From a virus (Duplodnaviria > Heunggongvirae > Uroviricota > Caudoviricetes), in the IMG/VR virus record IMGVR_UViG_2703718826_000004: 25,494 nt of DNA; one strand, 5' to 3'. The position numbers and the translations under genes were made by a program. Shown here piece by piece: positions 15,617-24,198 of this stretch. Each line of letters opens with the position of its first letter. Within the stretch, counting starts at the first letter, position 1. The notes beneath the pieces are model-generated. The model saw only the letters and a program-made list of their open reading frames with translations, was not told where the DNA came from and ran no database searches.

Positions 15617-16666
15617 TTACGCCAGTACGCCAATTGCCAGCGCGCGATCGATAAAACGAAATATCAGCTCCAGTTGGGAGCCATACTTATCTTCAAATGC
15701 CACTGTATCCGTATGCAGCTCGTTGTGATGCTTTCTGCACAAAGGCAACACAAAGAGATCATGTGCTTTTGTTCCCATTCCGCCCTGCCCGTGACCAATC
15801 AGATGATGCGGATCGTCGGCTGGCATACCGCAGCAAGCACACGGCTGTGTCTTAACCCAACGTGTGTATTTCTCCTTAACCCAGCGGCGACGTTTAGGCA
15901 GCTTCATGAAAGATTCCGGAGACTCTGGATCAACGGTGATGCTTACCACCGTCTTTTCCTGTGGTGATTTTTGTTGCTGGTGGGCGTAAGGCAACGGTGC
16001 AAGATTTTTTGTGCGTTGTTTCAATATGCTGGTGGCGGTCTGCTCTCCCGGTACGATGTCGCTTTCGCGGTACACCGAGCAGATTTTTTCCGCTGGTAAT
16101 CCCAGCGAACGACGCGATACAGCCTCAGGTAGTGCATCCACCACCTGATTGCAGACCGCCCACCAGGATAATTCAGCCAAAGATAATTCCCGCTCCTGCG
16201 TACCGCTTATTGCGTGACGGATGACGTCAATCACCCATGCTGTCAGATTTTGTTGAGCAAGCAGCTCCAGTGATTCCGATGTCTGGTCACGCAGTTGGTT
16301 GTCGCAGTGCCAGCACAACACCATTGCGCCGGTACCATAACGGTGAATGACTGTTTCAGTGTGATGGTAATCGCCATTAGGCCACTGGCAGGATGTAACA
16401 TGACGTAATAGCCAGTCGGACAATGCGCCAACGCCGCCAGCAGCACGAATCACCCGTTCGTTACTAAAAAACGGCAGCAATGTTTTGTCTTCCGCCAGCG
16501 GCTGGCGAACGGCAGGAACGACTCCGGATGGCAGATTACGCATGCTTTTTGGTTCCGGTTCCACCAGCACTCGAGGATTATGAAATATCTGTATGGATTC
16601 ACGGCCCGGCTTAAGGACCACCAGCCCAAGCTCAGGCACCAGAACAGGTCTAAGTAATACCCGCAC
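15617..16666 (-). CDS. ydfU: DUF968-type prophage protein with a C-terminal HNH-like zinc-finger nuclease motif
   Basis: ORF 15617..16705; the GTG at 16664-16666 is preceded by GGAGGT 3 nt upstream, giving 349 aa. C-terminal motif CACCGMPADDPHHLIGHG ... AHDLFVLPLCRKHHNELH. Confidence 0.8.
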   Translation of the reverse strand: MRVLLRPVLVPELGLVVLKPGRESIQIFHNPRVLVEPEPKSMRNLPSGVVPAVRQPLAEDKTLLPFFSNERVIRAAGGVGALSDWLLRHVTSCQWPNGDYHHTETVIHRYGTGAMVLCWHCDNQLRDQTSESLELLAQQNLTAWVIDVIRHAISGTQERELSLAELSWWAVCNQVVDALPEAVSRRSLGLPAEKICSVYRESDIVPGEQTATSILKQRTKNLAPLPYAHQQQKSPQEKTVVSITVDPESPESFMKLPKRRRWVKEKYTRWVKTQPCACCGMPADDPHHLIGHGQGGMGTKAHDLFVLPLCRKHHNELHTDTVAFEDKYGSQLELIFRFIDRALAIGVLA

Positions 16667-16667
16667 G

Positions 16668-16946
16668 TTACCTCCAGATCCGTTGCTGGAAAGTGCGGGA
16701 CGCACGTGGTGGGCGTTCGGAATAAGGCAGCCTGACAGAGATTATCCAGTGCCGATAGTCGAGACTGAGAGCTTTCTTAACCTCGAACCCGCGCCTGCGG
16801 TAAGAATGAATCAGCCATTCGGCCTGTTCTGCAGTGCATGGAGGGTGCTGGAACCATTCAGACTTGAATGCGTGAGAATACCGCCCGTGCGTGCAGGCAA
16901 GAACGGGCGAATTATCAGAATTGTAATATTTTGCGTTGCGTGCCAT
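16668..16946 (-). CDS. hypothetical protein (92 aa) translationally coupled to ydfU
   Basis: ATG preceded by GGAGAA; its TAA stop lies inside the ydfU Shine-Dalgarno/start (GGAGGTAACGTG). Confidence 0.5.
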   Translation of the reverse strand: MARNAKYYNSDNSPVLACTHGRYSHAFKSEWFQHPPCTAEQAEWLIHSYRRRGFEVKKALSLDYRHWIISVRLPYSERPPRASRTFQQRIWR

Positions 16947-17012
16947 CGGTTTTCTCCGGTGGCACGGTGTTACTCAGCGGGAGTTCAGCCCCGCGCAAGA
17001 TTGTAGATGAGT

Positions 17013-17264
17013 TTATTCTCCTGAAAAAGCAGAAAAGCCAGCTTTTATTCCGATCTCTTTCAATGCCTGTAATGAAGTGACAAACTCACCTTCGCGCAAG
17101 ATAAATCCGTCCGTGACCCGAGCATCCACAAAATTAATTAACGCAGCCCCATTCTTTCGCAAACACATAATGCGGTAATGACTAACAAGATTTCCATTTT
17201 CAACGCACACAGCATAGAGGCCATCTTCACAAAAAATTTTACGCAGTTCTTCGATGTTCATCAT
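17013..17264 (-). CDS. rem: small prophage protein (83 aa)
   Basis: 83-aa ORF between ydfU and hokD, the position and length recalled for Qin rem; sequence identity not verified. Confidence 0.55.
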   Translation of the reverse strand: MMNIEELRKIFCEDGLYAVCVENGNLVSHYRIMCLRKNGAALINFVDARVTDGFILREGEFVTSLQALKEIGIKAGFSAFSGE

Positions 17265-17380
17265 CAGAATCCTTCCGGATAATTAGCTCTCCCCTTTAAG
17301 GGACCATCCCTCTTATCCCTGCGCGCTACTTAAGTATTTTTGATTCTATTCCGGCACCGTCCAGAACTTCAAACGCGTTG

Positions 17381-17412
17381 AAAATAAAAACAAAAACCCG
17401 CCGAAGCGGGTT
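17381..17412 (-). terminator. intrinsic terminator downstream of hokD (end of the relB-relE-hokD operon)
   Basis: Hairpin acccgc-cgaa-gcgggt at 17396-17411, followed on the minus strand by a long U-rich run. Confidence 0.55.
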
Positions 17413-17480
17413 AAGTGCGGGTGCGTTGAGGATGCCTGCCACATCAGAGGTGGCGAGGGATTTCTCCCCCGCCGGGTCTC

Positions 17481-17636
17481 TTACTCCTCAGGTTCGTAAG
17501 CTGTGAAGACAGCGACCTCCGTCTGGCCGGTTCGGATTCGTACCTCGCAGAGATCTTTCCTCGTTACCAGTGCCGTCACTATGACGGTTAAACAGATGAC
17601 GATCAGGGCGATTAACATCGCCTTTTGCTGCTTCAT
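17481..17636 (-). CDS. hokD: Hok-family type I toxin-like membrane peptide (51 aa)
   Basis: Hand translation gives MKQQKAMLIALIVICLTVIVTALVTRKDLCEVRIRTGQTEVAVFTAYEPEE; below the ORF-track cut-off. Confidence 0.85.
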   Translation of the reverse strand: MKQQKAMLIALIVICLTVIVTALVTRKDLCEVRIRTGQTEVAVFTAYEPEE

Positions 17637-17707
17637 AGCCTGCTTCTCCTGTCAACGCAAAGCAGAAGTGTCACCTTCGGTGCGAAACAGAGATGTCATG
17701 CTTTGGT

Positions 17708-17995
17708 TCAGAGAATGCGTTTGACCGCCTCGCTATATACTTCCGAGCGTTCTCTTTTCCCAACAGAAATCACGAAAACGACAACTTTCTCGTCTATAAC
17801 CTGGTATACAAGGCGATAGCCTGAAGACCGGAGCTTAATCTTGTAACAATCAGGCATACCACGGAGCTTGTTTGCTTCAATCCGGGGTGACTCAAGTACT
17901 TCAACCAGCTTCTTTTTCAACTGTTCACGTACCGTCGAGCCCAGCTTTCGCCATTCCTTTAGTGCCCGCTCGTCAAAATCCAGAAAATACGCCAT
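17708..17995 (-). CDS. relE: RelE mRNA-interferase toxin
   Basis: 95-aa ORF starting MAYFLDFDERALKEWRKLG; its start overlaps the relB stop. Confidence 0.95.
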   Translation of the reverse strand: MAYFLDFDERALKEWRKLGSTVREQLKKKLVEVLESPRIEANKLRGMPDCYKIKLRSSGYRLVYQVIDEKVVVFVISVGKRERSEVYSEAVKRIL

Positions 17996-18234
17996 CAGAG
18001 TTCATCCAGCGTCACACGTACTGGCTTAGGATTACGAAGCCGTTCTTTCACTATCTCCACAAGTTCAGCATCTTCATCACTCAGGAGTGTCTGTTTGAAC
18101 GGCAAGCGTTCATTGTCAGCGATATACTCGAGCATGAGACGAAGCGCTTCAGAAGGAGTTACACCCATTTTTTCAAGCGCGGCGTAAGAACGCGCTTTAA
18201 GTTCATCGTCAATACGCAGGTTAATGCTACCCAT
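17995..18234 (-). CDS. relB: RelB antitoxin
   Basis: 79-aa ORF starting MGSINLRIDDELKARSYAALEKMGVTPSEALR. Confidence 0.95.
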   Translation of the reverse strand: MGSINLRIDDELKARSYAALEKMGVTPSEALRLMLEYIADNERLPFKQTLLSDEDAELVEIVKERLRNPKPVRVTLDEL

Positions 18235-18245
18235 GTCTTACACCT

Positions 18246-18271
18246 CTTGTAATTACAAATGTCATTACAAG
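18246..18271. promoter_or_regulatory. relBE operator-like palindrome in the promoter region upstream of relB
   Basis: cttgtaattacaaatgtcattacaag contains inverted TTGTAAT/ATTACAA repeats, 12 bp upstream of the relB start. Confidence 0.5.
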
Positions 18272-18564
18272 TATCGCACTACAACATGCTTAGGGCAAGT
18301 CACGAAGGAAGTCAGAAAGTAGTCGTAAGAACGGTGATCACTGTCCGCTTTGTGCCAGGAGCAGCCATTGCTAAGTCCATCCTGTATTGTGCAGGTCAGC
18401 TCGTTTTTAAAGAGTCTGGCCATCATCTTACTGGTACAGACACCATATACTTTGTGACGGTCAGGCTACATATGCACAACTCAACTTATTCATCTATTTT
18501 TTGCTTTAGCATGTCAGTGTTGCTTTCTCGTCGGCGGGTGAGCGGTGACCTGACCTGTCGATAA
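18259..18564 (+). CDS. ydfV: dubious ORF in the position of Qin ydfV (101 aa)
   Basis: 101-aa ORF divergent from relB, with no convincing RBS and weak protein-like composition; listed only because length and position match a recalled annotation. Confidence 0.25.
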   Translation: MSLQVSHYNMLRASHEGSQKVVVRTVITVRFVPGAAIAKSILYCAGQLVFKESGHHLTGTDTIYFVTVRLHMHNSTYSSIFCFSMSVLLSRRRVSGDLTCR

Positions 18565-18716
18565 AGGAACGTAACACGTTTTATGCAACACCCGCATGCG
18601 GCAGAAAATTATTGCCGAACGTTTACCCCTGTCAACAAGCTTTACTTTCTGAGGCGCGCCAGCCCGCGAGGAAAACAATCTGAACATCAAACAATTAATG
18701 ACACAAGAAATACGAT

Positions 18717-18743
18717 TAAAGATTTTTTTGTGCATGCCGATAG
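18717..18743 (+). promoter_or_regulatory. sigma-28 (FliA) type promoter for flxA
   Basis: TAAAGATT - 11 nt - GCCGATAG against consensus TAAAGTTT-N11-GCCGATAA, about 25 bp upstream of the flxA ATG. Confidence 0.6.
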
Positions 18744-18766
18744 TGCTTTTTTAAAAGGAGAAATCT

Positions 18767-19099
18767 ATGTCTGTCACAATTCAGGGAAATACCTCAACCG
18801 TTATTTCAAACAACTCCGCCCCGGAAGGAACATCAGAAATAGCCAAAATCACAAGACAAATTCAGGTGCTGACTGAAAAGCTTGGGAAAATCTCATCGGA
18901 AGAGGGGATGACGACACAGCAGAAAAAAGAAATGGCTGCATTGGTACAGAAGCAAATTGAAAGCCTCTGGGCTCAACTGGAGCAGTTGTTAAGGCAGCAG
19001 GCAGAGAAAAAGAATGAAGACGCGACAGTTCAGCCTGATAAAAAAGAAGAGAAAAAAGACGATACAAATACCGCTGGCACCATTGATATTTACGTCTAA
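18767..19099 (+). CDS. flxA: FliA-regulated protein FlxA
   Basis: 110-aa ORF starting MSVTIQGNTSTVISNNSAPEG, with GGAG upstream. Confidence 0.9.
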   Translation: MSVTIQGNTSTVISNNSAPEGTSEIAKITRQIQVLTEKLGKISSEEGMTTQQKKEMAALVQKQIESLWAQLEQLLRQQAEKKNEDATVQPDKKEEKKDDTNTAGTIDIYV

Positions 19100-19111
19100 G
19101 TGACAGCCGTA

Positions 19112-19138
19112 TTGTGGCCCTCATCGGGCCACTTTTCG
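19112..19138 (+). terminator. intrinsic terminator downstream of flxA
   Basis: Hairpin gtggccc-tcatc-gggccac at 19114-19132, followed by TTTT. Confidence 0.6.
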
Positions 19139-19177
19139 CCATCAGCCTTTTCTTTAAAGACATATTATCTTTGTATC

Positions 19178-19227
19178 ATTTCTGATAGTTAACATTACAA
19201 GAATTTCTGATAGTTAACATTACAAGA
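19178..19227. repeat. perfect 25-bp tandem direct repeat, two copies (atttctgatagttaacattacaaga)
   Basis: Read directly: 19178-19202 and 19203-19227 are identical. Confidence 0.9.
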
Positions 19228-19560
19228 TATAAGTAATGGACGCACTCCCAATTAGTCTATTTAAATCGCCACGAGTTTAACTGACAACCCATGATCAATT
19301 ATGAATTGCAACTATTTCTGTAGTCACTTTTGTGGGGACAGTCCACAAAACTGCCAACTTCCGCTTCTTGCTCTTAGCGGACATTAGCATAGGCTATTTA
19401 CCATAACGCCTCATTACGCGCACCGCCCAGACTGACTCAGCGCGTTTCTGGCATATCCCCGGTAAAACAAGTAACAAACCACCCGAAAATGAACACCAGA
19501 AACGCGACTTAAGAATCTACCCTATGAATGGATATGCACTCAACCGAATCGATCTTGGTT

Positions 19561-20874
19561 TCAATCTTTTTTATCGGGATCAGGCTTCTTTTTAGGTAAC
19601 TTCGGGGGCTTAACTTGCTGATGACTTTGCGTTCGGCGCGTAAGCCAGGGATGGTCAGCTTTAGGTTTAACATAGTATTTTGAGCGTAAATCAATACGGG
19701 CATTATCCACTCGTTCATGGACACTCTTTTCATCATCCAGTGGTATAGGCTCCGGGCCATCAACATACTTTTCCCAGCCCAGCGCTTTCCCGTCATACAG
19801 AACGTTAATTTCACCGTCAAAGTTCTCGCATACAGTAACAACCGAATGCCTAAGTCGATATCCCCGGCCCTCACTGCGTACCTGAAACGCACTGCTTTTG
19901 TACTGGAAAGTGAGATTTTTAGACAGAACGCGCTTCGCCTGTAGGCTGAAGATATAACCCAGTTCCTCTTCAGAATGGTGCACATCAAGATGAGCATTAT
20001 CAGTAGTACGAGGCGACGTAGCGAACCGGTTGTTATAGGCTTCAATAAAGGTCGGCAACCATGCATTTGCTGTTTCAATATCACTGATATTCTGAAGCCG
20101 CATTTCTTTGACCAGCCTGTCCTGTAGTGTCTGATTGGCGCGCTCTACCCGCCCTTTTGCCTGCGGGCTGTTGGCATGGATTGGCTCGATGCCCAGTGTC
20201 TTTATCGCACGAGTGAACTGGGTCAGCTCACCTTCCCGCTCTGGGTTATTTACCCTGAATATACTGTGTCTATCAGAGTAGAGAGCGAGCGGTACGCCAT
20301 GATCATTAAGGTAACCCCGGAGGGTTTCCATGTAAGCCCGGGTTGTTTCAGCAGGCACAAAACGCAACGCCATCAACGCACTGGTGGCATCATCAATGAA
20401 AACGATCAGTGTACATCTGGGGCCTCGATTTTCAAACCAGTCATGAGGTGAGCCATCAATCTGGATCAGTTCACCGTAAGATGGTCGTCGCATGCGGCGT
20501 TGATATATACGGGCAATTTTACGACGGCGTTCACGCCATAACCCCTCTTCTATCATCCACTTTCTGAGAGTTTCAACGGATAAAGATAAACCGTGTATCT
20601 CGCGCAATTTTTCGCACGCAAACGTAGGTCCAAAATCAGCGTAACGGCCTTTGAGGAGTGAAATTACTGTTGCTCTGAATTCAGTAGAAAAGGAATTATT
20701 AGGACGCTTTCCACGTCGGTGGGAAACCAGACCAGAAGGCCCTTCATTTCTATACCGTTGCACCAGACGTTTAACCTGCCGAATAGAAATGCCAATGCGT
20801 GCCGCAGCTTGTTCCTGAATAATCTGAAGTCGGTGGAGTTCCTTATGACTCATCGTAACAGTCTCTTTGATCAT
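19561..20874 (-). CDS. DDE transposase (N-terminal HTH plus integrase-core domain; IS481/ISNCY-like, family not resolved)
   Basis: 437-aa ORF with the N-terminal motif RQVKRLVQRYRNEGPSGLVSHRRGKRP and candidate catalytic residues (QIDGS, YSDRH, GRVERANQ). Confidence 0.85.
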   Translation of the reverse strand: MIKETVTMSHKELHRLQIIQEQAAARIGISIRQVKRLVQRYRNEGPSGLVSHRRGKRPNNSFSTEFRATVISLLKGRYADFGPTFACEKLREIHGLSLSVETLRKWMIEEGLWRERRRKIARIYQRRMRRPSYGELIQIDGSPHDWFENRGPRCTLIVFIDDATSALMALRFVPAETTRAYMETLRGYLNDHGVPLALYSDRHSIFRVNNPEREGELTQFTRAIKTLGIEPIHANSPQAKGRVERANQTLQDRLVKEMRLQNISDIETANAWLPTFIEAYNNRFATSPRTTDNAHLDVHHSEEELGYIFSLQAKRVLSKNLTFQYKSSAFQVRSEGRGYRLRHSVVTVCENFDGEINVLYDGKALGWEKYVDGPEPIPLDDEKSVHERVDNARIDLRSKYYVKPKADHPWLTRRTQSHQQVKPPKLPKKKPDPDKKD

Positions 20875-21208
20875 GAAAAATCCCCCAGAGAATTGTCTGG
20901 GGACATTTTAGAATGGTTCAAAGGGGACATTACAGCTTGGTGTTAACAATAGCCTGCTTCTCCGTGCCTTTCGGCACGTAAGAGGCTAACCTACATGTGT
21001 CTAGCATGAAATTGGCCTCAGATTAATGTTAAGCGTCTTGCAGGACGCGTAATGTTAACTGGGGCTTTTCTCTATCTGCCGTTGGTGTCCATGCCCGAGG
21101 CAGATAGCCTCAAGCACCCGCAGTCATTCTACTTAACTAAGATTTCCCCGCAAACCGTTTTTGTCCAGCACAGTAAATATCCAACTAAACCAATGGAGTT
21201 CGCTGTAT

Positions 21209-21388
21209 TTACCGCCAGTATTCAATGCACATGACCGCCATGAACACCCCTAAAAAAAGGGCATTTATATATCCAAATATTAATATCAAAACATCAACTT
21301 TTTCCATATACCTTGCTGTGAAGATGATGGGCATACATGATGCGAACAACCAGAACGCAACAAACAAAAACTGCAATGCGTTTTTCAT
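21209..21388 (-). CDS. small membrane protein (59 aa, two predicted TM helices)
   Basis: ORF 21209..21427; the internal ATG at 21386-21388 is preceded by AGGAGG at 5-nt spacing. MKNALQFLFVAFWLFASCMPIIFTARYMEKVDVLILIFGYINALFLGVFMAVMCIEYWR. Confidence 0.5.
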   Translation of the reverse strand: MKNALQFLFVAFWLFASCMPIIFTARYMEKVDVLILIFGYINALFLGVFMAVMCIEYWR

Positions 21389-21869
21389 TATTCCTCCTAC
21401 AATCAATGTGCAATTACATTTAAACACACCTCAATTTGGCCGGACATATAAATATCTAAACCAGAAAAAATCACTTACATAGCGTTACAAACTCTTTAGT
21501 CTAAAGGTTCATCGTAAAACATTCCCCATACTTATCAGTCCGTTCCGCGCCAGGTAGCTCATTGCCTTATCTGGCAACCTGTAATCAGGTTTCCGCTTTT
21601 TCAGTTGGCTGGTCGTTTAACCGACATAGTTAATCCATTAATCTAGTTGCCGGATGTTGGTGGATTTTCGCGTTTTAGTTGTTCATAAAAGTGCACAGCT
21701 TTAACCAGTTCTTCTGATGTAACTGGGACTGGTGAGGCAGTGAATAAGGCCTGAATTTGATAGTTCGGCCTGTCGTTGCAATCCTCTTTTTTCGGTACAT
21801 ATTTCCAGTCACCAGACCACTACTTCCCCTGAAAGTCCGTAACGCCTTTTTTCACGTAGCGATATCGCC

Positions 21870-23855
21870 ATGCCACTGGTTTTGCTTGCCCCGCCGTTTC
21901 ATGCCCTTAAGCATAAATGTATTCCTGGTGCTAAATGGCCCGAAATTCAGGCAGAGATGCGCATCTGGAAAAAACGTCGCGAAGGTGAACGCAAGGAAAC
22001 CGGAAAATACACGTCTGTTGTTGATCTCGCCCGCGCCAGAGCCAATCAACAGTACACTGAAAATTCAACAGGAAAAATCAGCCCGGTCATTGCTGCCATT
22101 CATCGCGAATACAAGCAGACATGGAAAACACTGGATGACGAACTGGCCTACGCTCTCTGGCCTAGTGATGTGGATGCCGGAAACATTGACGGCAGCATCC
22201 ATCGCTGGGCAAAAAAAGAAGTTATCGACAACGACCGCGAAGACTGGAAGCGTATCTCGGCATCAATGCGCAAACAGCCTGATGCCCTTCGCTACGACCG
22301 CCAAACTATTTTTGGCCTTGTCCGTGAGCGTCCGATCGACATTCACAAAGATCCCGTAGCACTGAACAAATATATCTGCGAATACCTGACGACAAAGGGC
22401 GTGTTTGAGAATGAAGAAACAGACCTGGGCACTGTTGATGTTCTCCAGTCATCAGAAACACAAACTGATGCAGTGGAAACTGAGGTATCTGATATCCCAA
22501 AAAATGAAACCGCGCCGGAAGCTGAACCATCTGTAGAGCGTGAGGGGCCGTTCTATTTCCTCTTCGCAGATAAGGACGGAGAAAAATACGGTCGCGCAAA
22601 CAAACTCTCTGGTCTGGATAAGGCACTGGCTGCTGGCGCCACTGAAATCACAAAAGAAGAATATTTTGCCCGAAAAAATGGCACATACACGGGCTTACCG
22701 CAAAATGTAGATACCGCTGAAGATTCAGAACAACCAGAGCCGATAAAAGTTACCGCTGACGAAGTAAACAAAATTATGCAGGCAGCCAATATCAGCCAGC
22801 CTGACGCCGATAAGTTGCTTGCTGCATCACGTGGTGAATTTGTTGAAGGGATTAGTGACCCGAATGATCCGAAATGGGTTAAGGGGCTCCAGACCCGCGA
22901 TTCTGTGAACCAGAACCAGCATGAATCGGAACGGAACTACCAAAAAGCGGAACAAAACAGTCCAAATGCGTTACAAAACGAGCCAGAAACGAAACAGCCT
23001 GAACCAGTAGCGCAACAGGAAGTGGAAAAAGTCTGCACCGCCTGCGGTCAGACCGGCGGCGGCAACTGCCCTGATTGTGGCGCGGTGATGGGCGACGCAA
23101 CATACCAAGAAACATTCGATGAAGAGTATCAGGTTGAAGTTCAGGAAGATGATCCGGAGGAAATGGAAGGCGCTGAACATCCACACAAGGAGAACACTGG
23201 CGGCAATCAGCATCACAATAGCGATAATGAAACTGGCGAGACGGCAGATCACCCAATTAAGGTGAACGGTCATCACGAAATCACATCCACCAGCAGGACG
23301 TGTGACCATCTAATGATCGACCTTGAAACCATGGGAAAAAATCCTGATGCCCCGATCATCTCAATAGGTGCAATATTTTTCGATCCGCAAACCGGAGATA
23401 TGGGACCGGAATTTAGTAAGACTATCGATCTGGAAACTGCTGGCGGAGTCATTGATCGGGACACCATTAAATGGTGGCTTAAGCAATCACGCGAAGCGCA
23501 ATCTGCCATTATGACCGATGAAATCCCGTTAGATGATGCACTGTTACAATTGCGAGAATTTATCGACGAAAACTCCGGTGAATTTTTTGTTCAGGTTTGG
23601 GGAAATGGAGCCAACTTCGACAACACGATTTTGCGCCGTTCATACGAACGGCAGGGGATCCCCTGCCCGTGGCGTTACTACAACGATCGCGATGTACGCA
23701 CAATCGTTGAGCTGGGGAAAGCCATAGACTTCGATGCCAGAACGGCTATTCCATTCGAAGGTGAGCGCCATAATGCACTTGATGACGCCCGTTACCAGGC
23801 AAAATACGTTTCAGTTATCTGGCAAAAACTGATCCCGAGTCAGGCTGATTCTTAA
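21870..23855 (+). CDS. large acidic protein with a central CxxC...CxxC zinc ribbon and a C-terminal DEDDh (DnaQ-like) 3'-5' exonuclease domain
   Basis: 661-aa ORF. Exo motifs MIDLETMG (I), GNGANFDNTIL (II) and ERHNALDDARY (III); zinc ribbon CTACGQTGGGNCPDCG. The true start may be the internal ATG at 21957 (MRIWKKRREGE). Confidence 0.8.
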   Translation: MPLVLLAPPFHALKHKCIPGAKWPEIQAEMRIWKKRREGERKETGKYTSVVDLARARANQQYTENSTGKISPVIAAIHREYKQTWKTLDDELAYALWPSDVDAGNIDGSIHRWAKKEVIDNDREDWKRISASMRKQPDALRYDRQTIFGLVRERPIDIHKDPVALNKYICEYLTTKGVFENEETDLGTVDVLQSSETQTDAVETEVSDIPKNETAPEAEPSVEREGPFYFLFADKDGEKYGRANKLSGLDKALAAGATEITKEEYFARKNGTYTGLPQNVDTAEDSEQPEPIKVTADEVNKIMQAANISQPDADKLLAASRGEFVEGISDPNDPKWVKGLQTRDSVNQNQHESERNYQKAEQNSPNALQNEPETKQPEPVAQQEVEKVCTACGQTGGGNCPDCGAVMGDATYQETFDEEYQVEVQEDDPEEMEGAEHPHKENTGGNQHHNSDNETGETADHPIKVNGHHEITSTSRTCDHLMIDLETMGKNPDAPIISIGAIFFDPQTGDMGPEFSKTIDLETAGGVIDRDTIKWWLKQSREAQSAIMTDEIPLDDALLQLREFIDENSGEFFVQVWGNGANFDNTILRRSYERQGIPCPWRYYNDRDVRTIVELGKAIDFDARTAIPFEGERHNALDDARYQAKYVSVIWQKLIPSQADS

Positions 23856-23927
23856 TGTTCAACTGTCGCCGGTTGTGACTGGTATTCTGCAACCGGCGCT
23901 CGTCTGATGTAAGAGATAAAGAAATCG

Positions 23928-24179
23928 ATGAGCGAAGTAATCATGATTGTCTCTCCCGGCAAATGGGTATCCGAAGAGCAGTTAATTGCGCTGAAAGGAA
24001 TAAAAAAAGGTACGTTAAAAAAGGCCCGGGAAAAATCGTTTATGGAAGGAAGGGAATATAAGCATGTCGCTCATGACGGTATGCCATGGGATAACAGTCC
24101 ATGCTTTTACAACCTGGAAGAAATTGATCGCTGGATTGAGCGCCAGGCATCAGCGAGACCAAGACGTCATCTTACTTGA
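23928..24179 (+). CDS. excisionase-like small protein
   Basis: 83-aa ORF immediately upstream of, and co-directional with, the integrase gene. Confidence 0.55.
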   Translation: MSEVIMIVSPGKWVSEEQLIALKGIKKGTLKKAREKSFMEGREYKHVAHDGMPWDNSPCFYNLEEIDRWIERQASARPRRHLT

Positions 24180-24198
24180 CTAAAAGCCACACTAACTA

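Larger units (their letters stand above)
19178..21062. mobile_element. putative insertion-sequence-like element (boundaries tentative), delimited by inverted copies of the 12-bp motif AGTTAACATTAC around the transposase gene
   Basis: AGTTAACATTAC occurs at 19186-19197 and 19211-19222 on the plus strand, and as its reverse complement at 21049-21060, with degenerate copies at 21024-21033 and 20940-20950. No target-site duplication was found. Confidence 0.35.

Noticed and set aside
19509-20084. 191-aa ORF overlapping the transposase 3' region
   Set aside because: Alternative frame of the transposase gene with no independent support.
21757-22359. 200-aa ORF overlapping the start of the exonuclease gene
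   Set aside because: Out-of-frame overlap with a protein-like ORF; the sequence is Pro/Arg/Ser/Leu-rich and not protein-like.
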